Source: Bacillota bacterium
Lineage (GTDB): Bacteria > Bacillota > Clostridia > Ch29
Direction: 5' to 3'
DNA length: 64,000 nt
Assembly: GCA_040766775.1 (NCBI GenBank)
Contig: JAXGPT010000006.1
Coordinates: 4,709 to 68,708 of the forward strand
Position 1 is the first letter of the stretch, and each line of letters opens with the position of its first letter. The notes under the pieces were generated by a model. It worked only from the letters and a program-made list of their open reading frames with translations. It searched no databases and was not told where the DNA came from. Shown piece by piece: positions 50,009 to 58,656 of the stretch. The translations under genes and the position numbers were made by a program.

Positions 50009-50815
50009 ATGAAAAAGTTAATAAAAGAAGTTACTTCAATTGTGTTGACTCTATGTTTAATTTTAACAGCAATTACCCCTGCATTTGCATATACCAATGG
50101 AAACTCTACAGAGAAAGATGATTCGTTTTTCTTGAATAGTATACAAGGTAATGTCCATGATGGTTCAGCTGAAGTCTTGGAAGTTATTGATAACGGTAAA
50201 GGTGTAAAAGATATAAAGGTTAAGTATTCGAATGGTATAATTGCACAAATCAAAGAAAAACGGATTGATAATAAAATCCAATTAGATGTTGTAGAGGGAA
50301 CACTAAAGAATAAATTGATTATTGACATGGAATCTAATAGTATTATATTAGATGGTAAAAATGTGAAAATCACTTCAATACAGGAAGTAGCCAATATAGA
50401 AGAAATTGATATTAATAGAAATTTATTAGCTGCATCTTGGGTTTATAGTAAGAATCCAGTTTATGGTTCGCCAGGAGATTATACACGCTACATTGGCTAT
50501 ACAAACTACAATGTGAATTTTGAAACTGCAATAGACAATATTACTTTTGCTGCCTATATAGCAGTAATTTCTGTTATTATATCAGGGGGATCAGGTATTC
50601 CAGCTGCTGTTTTTGGTGTAGGAGCTGTAGCATTTTATGAATATGTGAAGTATTATGACCCAAAGACTCAAATCGTCTATATGAAAGAGACGCAGCATTA
50701 TCATGAGACATTAAATTTTTATAAGAAACACTTCTGCCAGTATTATACTAACAGTAACTTCACTAACCCGTACAGTGATTCAACTTTTTATTCAGGATGG
50801 GCGGGTGGCTTATAA
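50009..50815 (+). CDS. Orphan secreted protein with C-terminal Gly-rich hydrophobic segment (AT-rich island)
   Basis: Signal peptide ending AFA-YT. AGGAGG RBS. Segment IAVISVIISGGSGIPAAVFGVGAVAF. No recognisable family. Visibly AT-rich relative to the flanks. Confidence 0.6.
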   Translation: MKKLIKEVTSIVLTLCLILTAITPAFAYTNGNSTEKDDSFFLNSIQGNVHDGSAEVLEVIDNGKGVKDIKVKYSNGIIAQIKEKRIDNKIQLDVVEGTLKNKLIIDMESNSIILDGKNVKITSIQEVANIEEIDINRNLLAASWVYSKNPVYGSPGDYTRYIGYTNYNVNFETAIDNITFAAYIAVISVIISGGSGIPAAVFGVGAVAFYEYVKYYDPKTQIVYMKETQHYHETLNFYKKHFCQYYTNSNFTNPYSDSTFYSGWAGGL

Positions 50816-51039
50816 TATAAAAGAATTATTTAGCGCCTCCTGAAAAACAGAGGCTTTAACCTTTGAAAGATCAACGCCTCAGCAGGATTTTTAGTTTAGA
50901 TGTTGAATATATACAACATGAGACAAATTGGTTAAATATTGGGAGGTATTAGTCACTGTTAAGACTAGAGTGCCTCGAAATCGCAGCTAATCAAATATCT
51001 ATTAGGAGATCACTACTTCCACCGTAGATTTTTAAGCTT

Positions 51040-51419
51040 TTGCTAGATCTGCTGAGATAGACCAAATCCTTAACGATGAGGAATTTGAAGAACCTTTCAA
51101 TGAGAGATTCAATGAGACTATCGTTAGGGGCTCAGTGCTAGTTTGTCTATATATAGGGTTTATGGTTCTGAAGTATTCGAATGAGTGAGGTTTCGAAACT
51201 CTCGAGAAGAAAGTTGACAATAATATCACGCTCAAGAAATTCTGCCGCATCCATCTGGATAAATACGCATCGGACAGTTCAACATTAATACAGGTAAACA
51301 AGAAGTACGGTGAAGAAATCATAAAGGATTTGAGCGAAATGCTTATAAAACAACACACTGAAGGGAAGATTATTTGTGGCAGGAAGCTTAGTATAGATAC
51401 AACCGTAAAGAAACAGTAA
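51040..51419 (+). pseudogene. Remnant of a DDE transposase N-terminus (InsH-N/DUF772-like, IS5/IS1182 type)
   Basis: ...IDQILNDEEFEEPFNERF..., LKKFCRIHLDKYASDSSTLIQVNKKYGEEII, GRKLSIDTTV, with an internal stop. Followed by the perfect 26-nt palindrome AATAACCCGGGGATCCCCGGGTTATT. Confidence 0.5.
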
Positions 51420-51889
51420 AAAAGATGTTGGATGTAAATTAAAACCTCAAATAACCCGGGGATCCCCGGGTTATTCTTTAAACACTTTCTCGCAGTAACG
51501 TTAGGCATAAAAAGACGATATAAGGGGCTACTGAACACTGCCCAGCTCTGGAAAAGTCATGGGATTCACCACAGCTCTTAGTTAGCCTTGTGGATTAACC
51601 ACACTCCATAGCTACGTCAGCAGTTTTTATATTTATTCTCTGAACAAGTTAGATTTCGTTATTGATGGATCGGAACAGGGCAAACGGTGTGGCTTACGGC
51701 AGAAATTTAATATAATAAGGCGCGAAGTCTTTCGTTAATACGCCTATAATATAGATATAATGGGAAATTATAATTTGTATATTCTAAAATAAGAAGAATT
51801 ATTTACCAAGCAAAATTTTTAACATAACTTTAATTTATTTAATGGCGCTGAAGGTTGTCAAATAAAATAGATTACCAGGAGGGTATTAT

Positions 51890-52069
51890 ATGAATAATAT
51901 AACAAAACTAGGTATTATTATATCTATATTAGCTCTCTCAATAAGAATTATTTTAACGTATTTACTTCATCAAGAAGTGCCTAATTTTATTACGTATATA
52001 TTTTATGGTGGCATATATTTATCTTTTGTAGGTATAATCATACAAGGAAGTAAGAATAAACAATCATAA
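51890..52069 (+). CDS. 59-aa two-TM membrane peptide, not in ORF track
   Basis: MNNITKLGIIISILALSIRIILTYLLHQEVPNFITYIFYGGIYLSFVGIIIQGSKNKQS. AGGAGGG RBS lies 7 nt upstream. Confidence 0.55.
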   Translation: MNNITKLGIIISILALSIRIILTYLLHQEVPNFITYIFYGGIYLSFVGIIIQGSKNKQS

Positions 52070-52168
52070 AAAATATCAAGTATGATTTTACCGGACTTCA
52101 GTAGTGTTGCATGTTTGTTGCATAATGTAAATGGACAAAGGGGGGTGCGGACATTTATTTGGACTTGC

Positions 52169-52360
52169 TCATGCCGCTAACCCAATACTCCGTCTATAAT
52201 CAACGGGACTCATCGCCCCAAGAGACATTTTGATGCGTTTCTCATTATACCACCTAAGATAGTTATCGAGTTTATCAATGAAGGGATTGGAGATAGCATC
52301 AAGCGCATAACGGTAGGATATGTGCGCTGGCATAACAATAAGCATGCAAGGACGGGTCAT
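52169..52360 (-). pseudogene. C-terminal fragment of an IS3-family transposase (rve domain tail)
   Basis: ...YLRWYNEKRIKMSLGAMSPVDYRRSIGLAA* is the typical IS3 OrfB end. No upstream part is present. Confidence 0.6.
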
Positions 52361-52705
52361 TTGTTTAAAAAAAGGTATATGAGTGAACCTGTTGAGACAG
52401 AGGGCTATTTAATCAGTGTATTAAGGTATATCCATCAAAATCCTGTGAAAGCAAAGATTGTTAAGCAATCGAAAGAATATTTGTGGAGTAGTTATTCTCT
52501 TTACATATCTGCATATGAAGACCAAAATTCCCAAATAGATGCGCAATTAATTAAAGGATATCTTAAAACGAAGGAAGACTTTGAAAGATATATGAATGAG
52601 CAGAGCGATGATGATTTTATGGATAATAAGTCGGTAAGAAAGTATACAGATGAAGCATTAAGAGAGATACTTCAGGAACAGATTGATTTTAACAAGTTAG
52701 TCTAA
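52322..52705 (+). pseudogene. C-terminal fragment of an IS200/RayT-like Y1 (HUH) transposase
   Basis: RTGHLFKKRYMSEPVETEGYLISVLRYIHQNPVKAKIV...YLWSSY. The HUH-containing N-terminus is missing. Confidence 0.6.
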
Positions 52706-52724
52706 TTGCAAATTATATGAGCTT

Positions 52725-54122
52725 GTCCTATCTTCCGTAGAATTTCAGTAGCGCAGTTTTTCTCGGGTTTTCGCGAAATCAACTTGTTTTTAATAATTCG
52801 CTGGGTTTTTTATTGCTTAAAGCATCTGCCAAAAAGGGGATTTGTTTGTGCCCCTTAATTGCCCTGAACTTTTCCTCTGCCAGCATAAAACCGGCGGATG
52901 CCCATCTTAAAACCTGATCCCCGCTTTGCCAATTCTTAACCCGGCCTATAACATCCAGTGCAGTACCAATAGCGGATTCAATAGGGTTGGTGTTTGAGAG
53001 TGTAGTCCTTAACAGCCCAGGAACTTTCAGTTTGTGAACTGTAAGGGTTTCCTCTAAGCCCTCCCGTAAACTTGCTGCTGCTGACGGGTATTTGAATTCA
53101 AGTTCCCTTGCTAAAAGCTCAAGCTTCTTCTTTGCCTCGTTGTATTCAAACTCCATATATGCCTTATTCATTGCTGCCTTTACTTTTCTTTGCTCACTCT
53201 CCGGCAAGTAGCTTTGCACATTCCTGCGCTTATGTATCTGGCATCTTTGGATATATGCATTTTCTCCGAATACATCCTTTACCGCTTTGTGTAGGCCCTT
53301 ACCTCCATCCAGTACGAACAGCCTGTTTTCGCTAGCGTCCAGGCCTCTCTTAATCATGTTCTGAATAAGGTCTGTACATATCTTGGCGTTTTCAGTGGAC
53401 CCTTCTATTATGCCGAGGACTTTTTTATCTCCTGCCTTTGATATGCCAAGGGCTACAATAACCATATAACCCCCAATCTTTACTCCATCCATCATTATGA
53501 CAGGATAATAGTCGTCTATCCGGCGATTTATGAACTCATTCATAAGCCTTTCAGTCTCTTTTGTAAACCTTCTGCTTATGCTGCTCTTTGAGGTCGAATG
53601 GGAACCTTCCGGGGTCTCGTCCAGGGTATGTATATAGTTCCTAACGGATACGCCATGAAGGACCCTTCGTAAGGCCGCATTATTAAGTGCATCTTCTGCC
53701 TGAAACTGTATAAGCGTTTCTATAGGCAATTCTCCGTTTCCGTCTTTACTCCTTACCCTGGGCTTTTGTATTGCGATTTTCTGGCCGCCTAGAACAACAC
53801 TGGTTCTTTCATGTCCATGTCGATATGCAGTCCTAGATGGGTTGTGCTTGCCTTTCTCTCCAGCATAAGAGATAACCTCATCTTCAAGCATAATATTCAA
53901 TGCTTTGATGCCTAATTGTACTGATAATGATAATAGCCCAGTCCGTGCCATTCCCTCCAATTCTGAAAAATCTACAGTAAAATCCAAGCTTTCATTTACC
54001 TTACCTTGCTGTCCGTGGTATAATTCCATTAGTGGCGTCTCCTTTCGTTTTGGTTTTTCCCAACCAACAGTTTATCAAACTGTCGTCAGGAACGCCACTT
54101 CAAATTCCACGGACTTTGGGAC
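52725..54122 (-). mobile_element. IS256-family insertion sequence
   Basis: Intact transposase flanked by inverted repeats of about 30 bp: GTCCTATCTTCCGTAGAATTTCAGTAGCGC versus the reverse complement GTCCCAAAGTCCGTGGAATTTGAAGTGGCG. Confidence 0.8.
52779..54029 (-). CDS. IS256-family (Mutator-type) transposase
   Basis: 416 aa with YPVIMMDGVKIGG, QRCQIHKRRNV and NPIESAI motifs. Confidence 0.9.
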   Translation of the reverse strand: MELYHGQQGKVNESLDFTVDFSELEGMARTGLLSLSVQLGIKALNIMLEDEVISYAGEKGKHNPSRTAYRHGHERTSVVLGGQKIAIQKPRVRSKDGNGELPIETLIQFQAEDALNNAALRRVLHGVSVRNYIHTLDETPEGSHSTSKSSISRRFTKETERLMNEFINRRIDDYYPVIMMDGVKIGGYMVIVALGISKAGDKKVLGIIEGSTENAKICTDLIQNMIKRGLDASENRLFVLDGGKGLHKAVKDVFGENAYIQRCQIHKRRNVQSYLPESEQRKVKAAMNKAYMEFEYNEAKKKLELLARELEFKYPSAAASLREGLEETLTVHKLKVPGLLRTTLSNTNPIESAIGTALDVIGRVKNWQSGDQVLRWASAGFMLAEEKFRAIKGHKQIPFLADALSNKKPSELLKTS

Positions 54123-54386
54123 AATTTCCGGTACAAGAAAAAAATTAGATAATAAAAGGTGTATATAATAAGACAGGTGCACGTATGAGACAGTTGAGGA
54201 GAGTGTTAGGATTAGGGAAGACCATCATTGAAAAGGCTGTACGGGAAGACGCGTGAAACGTCCCCGTGACTTGCCCGTGTCTTGCAGTTAGTTTTAATAC
54301 CGACAAAAGGATTGCTGTTTGTATAATGTAAGAATGTGGTATAATAATGACATAGTATGCATATTAAAAGGAGTTGAGAACCATGG

Positions 54387-54674
54387 GTGCCGGAAGAGAT
54401 TATTGCAGTTCTCAGGGATAATAAATCAGATATAGAGAAGTATGGAGTTGATAGAATAGGATTGTTCGGGTCATATAGCAAAGACCAGCAAACGGTCAAC
54501 AGTGATGTTGATGTTCTGGTTAGGTTTAAAAAAGAAAGAAAAACATTTGATAATTACATGGATCTGAAATTCTATCTGGAGGATTTGCTGGGTAAGAAAG
54601 TTGACCTTATTATAGTAGAAAATATAAAGATGGGATTGAAAGACGAGATTCTGGGAAGTGTCAAGTATGCGTAA
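54387..54674 (+). CDS. MNT-type nucleotidyltransferase antitoxin
   Basis: GLFGSYSKDQQTVNSDVDVLV (GSxxR/K...DxD nucleotidyltransferase motif). 95 aa with a GTG start. Confidence 0.8.
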   Translation: MPEEIIAVLRDNKSDIEKYGVDRIGLFGSYSKDQQTVNSDVDVLVRFKKERKTFDNYMDLKFYLEDLLGKKVDLIIVENIKMGLKDEILGSVKYA

Positions 54675-54998
54675 TTATAGGGTGTATTTAAGTGACATAC
54701 TGGACTGCATTAACAGGATTGAAAGATATACAAAAAGTATCTCGTATAGTGAGTTTGTGAGAATGAACTGATGCAGGATGGAGTTATTAGGAACTTGGAA
54801 ATAATCAGTGAGGCGGTAAAACTACCGGCGGAAATCAGAGAAAGCAGCTCGGATATTGAATGGAGAAAGATTGCAGGATTGAGAGATATATTGATTCATG
54901 ATTACTTTGGTATAGACTATGATATTATATGGGATGTTAAGGAGAATAAAATGCCAGCCTTAAAAGAAACAGTAAAAAGGCTGCTTGATGAAGATTGA
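54667..54998 (+). pseudogene. HEPN (DUF86) toxin partner, one frame break near 54760
   Basis: ATGCGTAA overlap with the MNT stop. MRNYRVYLSDILDCINRIERY... then shifted to [16 protein letters not shown]...[24 protein letters not shown] (RX4-6H motif). Confidence 0.75.
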
Positions 54999-55151
54999 GA
55001 TTTCAAATAACCCGGTACTGGTTATTATTTCTTAAATGCAGACTGAATTTAGATTTTAAGGATATTCGCAAGGTTTTTTTATTCTGATCTCACGCATATA
55101 AACAAAAAGGTTTCAGAGACAAAAACCCTGAAACCATTGATAATACTGATG

Positions 55152-55236
55152 TGGTGCCGAAGGTGGGACTTGAACCCACACGGTTTGACCTCTGGATTTT
55201 TGAGTCCAGCGCGTCTGCCAATTCCACCACTTCGGC
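55152..55236 (-). tRNA. tRNA-Leu (anticodon CAA); as written it has an 8-nt anticodon loop
   Basis: The reverse complement is GCCGAAGTGGTGGAATTGGCAGACGCGCTGGACTCAAAAATCCAGAGGTCAAACCGTGTGGGTTCAAGTCCCACCTTCGGCACCA. The loop CTCAAAAA has one A more than the fragment at 43818. Confidence 0.8.
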
Positions 55237-56724
55237 AAATTGTATGCAAAATATATTAGCATCAGGCCCTGTTAGGCAATAGCAAAAATTGCATTGTCAT
55301 GTCCGGCGGCAATATGTCAAATTGTTATACAAGCCATACCGGCAGGCGATTGCAGGGGATGGATTCATTCAAGTTAAACCCGCCGAGGCAAACAATTATG
55401 AAAAAGGTACATGCCACCGAGCATGTCCCTCTTCTTTTTTTTGGAATAATTTTTCCTCCTCAAAATACAATGAAAAAGCAGAGGGAGGTGAAAGCAGCTA
55501 TTGAAGCAGAAGTCAACAATTATTATCCTGGTTTTTTTATTGGTTTTGCGCCGAGTGCGCGATGGCACAGCAGCAGGACGGGTACAGGATGGTCATTAAC
55601 ATACCCCCGCTTCTCCTTAGCCTTTTTGATGGAGTGGACCCTATAAGCTTCTCCCATTGCCATGAGCAGGCACTAACCTTACCGGCAGCTACAGCATAAT
55701 AAACAAGGCGGTAAACCCCACCTGGCGCCCCAATGGCCGGAACCCAGTACCCCCGGCCCCGCCAGCCCCGTTGGGAGTAAGATGGATGGGTTTTTTACGG
55801 GGGATACGGGATTGCGGCAACAGCATTTCTTCAGTGTTGTAAAAGCATATCCTTTAAGGGATGCATAAGGATGTACAATTATGACGGAATTGTACTCCAT
55901 CGTCGGACATCAGGACCCCGGTGGATGTGGTTTACGGCGACCTGCTGGAGGCCACGAAAGGAAGCGGCAGTGACCGCATACCGTGATATATACTCTCAGG
56001 AAAAGGGCTATAAAGACACAATAATGGAGGAGCACAGGAAAATGGGCTTGGAGGGAGCACATTCCATAACAAAAGCTGGATAGAGCTGTTTTCCGCTCTA
56101 AACGCTGGGGAAAGTAGTGTTTGCGAAAAAATTGGGTTCTTATGATAAACGGCGAGTTTTTAACATCCGATACCATATACGACAGGACCATGATATTCGT
56201 AAACTGTGACCGGCTGAACGAGTTCTTTGGAATAAACATCGGGTGGAATGATGAGATAGCCACCGGCAGCCTTTGGATAGGCCGGTATCCGCCGTTTGGT
56301 ACATGGGTAAACTATATGCTTCCATAGCGGACGTAGTACCACATCTTGGGGGGCAGGTTGACGGCCAGGGGGATTAGAGGAGCTAAACTACGAGATAAAC
56401 TTTGCCAAATTGGATGGCAGGTTTCTCACCTCGGATGTTGGCAGTTTCAAGGAACCCACGATAGATATCAGCCTTATAAACCCCTCCAAAAAAGGCAGGG
56501 TGAAGCTTTCTGCCCTTGATGGGGAGGAGTCTGAGATATAATATCCATTCCAAGTACGGGTATATAGAGCTATTTCATAATTTACCCTGAGGTTATGTCC
56601 CGTATATAGAATACGGACAGCAGTAATATATACTGTCCTGTTATTTTTGCGTGAATACAGCATGGAACTTAATGGGGAAATGCTTCGTCAAAATAAACGT
56701 ATGAGTGGGAAGGGAGGAATAACC

Positions 56725-57319
56725 ATGTCTGCGGAACTCGAGCTGGTTGAGCGCAACAAGGGGGCGATTTAGCGGCCTTTGAAGAGCTCGTGGTCATGTA
56801 CAGAAACAAATATACAACCTGGGGTACAGGATGATGAGCAACGAGGAAGACGCCTGCGACATGGCCCAGGAGGCTTTCCTAAAGGCCTTCAAGTCAATCC
56901 GGAAGTTCACCGGCAAGTCAGCTTCGGAACATGGGTTTACAGGATAGCTGTGAACGTATGCATAGACGAAGCTGAGGAAAAGAAAAAGGGTAAAACTTTA
57001 TCCCGTTGTGCATAACGACAACCCGGAAAACGGCGGCGGCAAGCTGATAACCGATACCGGCGACCTGCCGGAGGATAGAATCGAGCGCAGGGAAACGAGG
57101 GAACAGGTGCAAAGGGCGATAAACAGGCTTGCGGAGGAACACAGGGTCATAATTATTTTGAGGGATATACAGGGAAGGTCCTACCAGGAGATAGCAGATA
57201 TACTGAACCTTAACATAGGGACGGTAAAATCCCGCATAAGCAGGGCAAGGCAGAGCCTTAAGGAAGAGCTGTTAAGGCAGGGGGAACTAAAATCCGAAGA
57301 AAACGTCAAAATGGTATGA
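56725..57319 (+). pseudogene. ECF (sigma-70 group IV) sigma factor, frame-broken in region 2
   Basis: AFEELVVMYRNKIYNLGYRMMSNEEDACDMAQEAFLKAFKSI and FGTWVYRIAVNVCIDE lie in different frames. 57008-57319 is intact (region 4: ILRDIQGRSYQEIADILNLNIGTVKSRISRAR). Confidence 0.8.
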
Positions 57320-57333
57320 GAGGAGGGATAAGG

Positions 57334-57795
57334 ATGGAAAATTGCAAAGAATTCAGGGAACAACTCTCTTTATATATAGATGGAATGCTTACACAGCAGG
57401 AAAGCCGGCTGCTGGAGGAGCATATTGAGGAATGCAAGGACTGCCGGGAAGAACTTTCGATGCTCCGGGAGATGGTGGCAAGCTGCCAAGGCCTGGAGGA
57501 AAAGGAACCTCCCGAGTACTTGTACCCGATGATTGCAAGCAGCCTGCGAAGGTCCGGAAAGGGAAAATGGACGAGCAGTTTACGCAAAAAATGGTTGAAG
57601 CCCGGCCTGGTTTCGGTGGCTGCGGTGCTCCTGGTGGCGGTAGCGGTAAAGGGTATAATGCCTGATATACAAAAGCAACTAGCCACCCAAGACATGGCGG
57701 CCCCTCAGGCGGCACCGGAAGCCGAGGCCCCGGCTGCGGAAGCGCCAATGGCTGATACCTACAGTGCTGCGCAGAACCGGGAAGTCAGCCTCTAG
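57334..57795 (+). CDS. zf-HC2 anti-sigma factor (single TM), ends at an in-frame TAG
   Basis: CKEFREQLSLYIDGML...HIEECKDCREEL (HxxxCxxC), TM segment LVSVAAVLLVAVAV, and a GAGGAGGG RBS. Confidence 0.8.
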   Translation: MENCKEFREQLSLYIDGMLTQQESRLLEEHIEECKDCREELSMLREMVASCQGLEEKEPPEYLYPMIASSLRRSGKGKWTSSLRKKWLKPGLVSVAAVLLVAVAVKGIMPDIQKQLATQDMAAPQAAPEAEAPAAEAPMADTYSAAQNREVSL

Positions 57796-58650
57796 ATGAT
57801 GGAAGAATCCGGCAGGGCCGGTATGGCGGGGGCGGGCATCGCGGGAGCCGAAATGGATATGCCGGAGGCGGAAATGGCTTCCGACGGGGGTACGTTTTCG
57901 GCTACCACGGCACCGGCGGCACCGGGCGACCAGCTTACTGTCGCACAGCATGATAGGAAAATAATCAAGAATGCCGATATATCGCTGGAGGTCCAGGACT
58001 TCAAAAATCAGTTTGATGAGGTGCAGAGGATGGCAGAGGAGGCCGGCGGATACGTCGAGAGCTCAAGAAGTTATGTCAGAAAGTATGCCGCCGCCGAGGG
58101 CGAAAGGGAGTTCATGGAGGGCGAAGCGGTAATAAGAGTGCCCAGTACCGAGTTCGGAAGCTGCCTGGACAGGATTGCCGCCCTGGGCAAGGTGACCAAC
58201 CGGTCCACCTACGGCAGTGATATTACCCTCCAGTACATGGATATCGAAACGCGCCTTAAAAGCAAGCAGGTGCAGCAGGAAAGGCTCATAGAAATACTGT
58301 CCAAGGCCGAGCGGGTGGAGGATATATTAAATATAGAGAATGAATTAAGCAGGGTAAGGACCGAGATTGAGAGCCTGGGTACGCAGCTTAGGGGATGGGA
58401 TAACCTTGTACAATACTCCACCATCCGTGTATTCATGACCGAGGTGGACACGAAGGATACAAAGGTGTCGGTACTGAAGGTTGATAATATATGGGACCGG
58501 ATTAAAAGGTGTTTTATAAGCACCAACAACGCAATAATGGACATGATTGAAATGGTTATTGTCGGGATAGGCTATGCCCTACCGGTGGCAATACTGGCAG
58601 GGATAGCATACCTGGCCTGGAGAAAGATTAGAGTCAGTAAAAAAGAGTAA
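57796..58650 (+). CDS. DUF4349-domain protein with C-terminal TM
   Basis: RKIIKNADISLEVQDF...GGYVESS...LKSKQVQQERLIEIL... and C-terminal TM segment IGYALPVAILAGIAYLAW. Same reading frame as the anti-sigma ORF. Confidence 0.75.
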   Translation: MMEESGRAGMAGAGIAGAEMDMPEAEMASDGGTFSATTAPAAPGDQLTVAQHDRKIIKNADISLEVQDFKNQFDEVQRMAEEAGGYVESSRSYVRKYAAAEGEREFMEGEAVIRVPSTEFGSCLDRIAALGKVTNRSTYGSDITLQYMDIETRLKSKQVQQERLIEILSKAERVEDILNIENELSRVRTEIESLGTQLRGWDNLVQYSTIRVFMTEVDTKDTKVSVLKVDNIWDRIKRCFISTNNAIMDMIEMVIVGIGYALPVAILAGIAYLAWRKIRVSKKE

Positions 58651-58656
58651 AGCGAG

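Noticed and set aside
55152-55236. An 8-nt anticodon loop (CTCAAAAA) in tRNA-Leu(CAA), which could indicate a frameshift-suppressor tRNA.
   Set aside because: The duplicated fragment at 43818 has the normal 7-nt loop (CTCAAAA). The extra base is in an A-run, matching the homopolymer indel pattern seen throughout the window. It is most likely an error.
57793-57795. In-frame TAG read as pyrrolysine.
   Set aside because: No pylTSBCD genes or methylamine methyltransferases are in the window. The low-complexity linker context is better explained by a nonsense or fission event.
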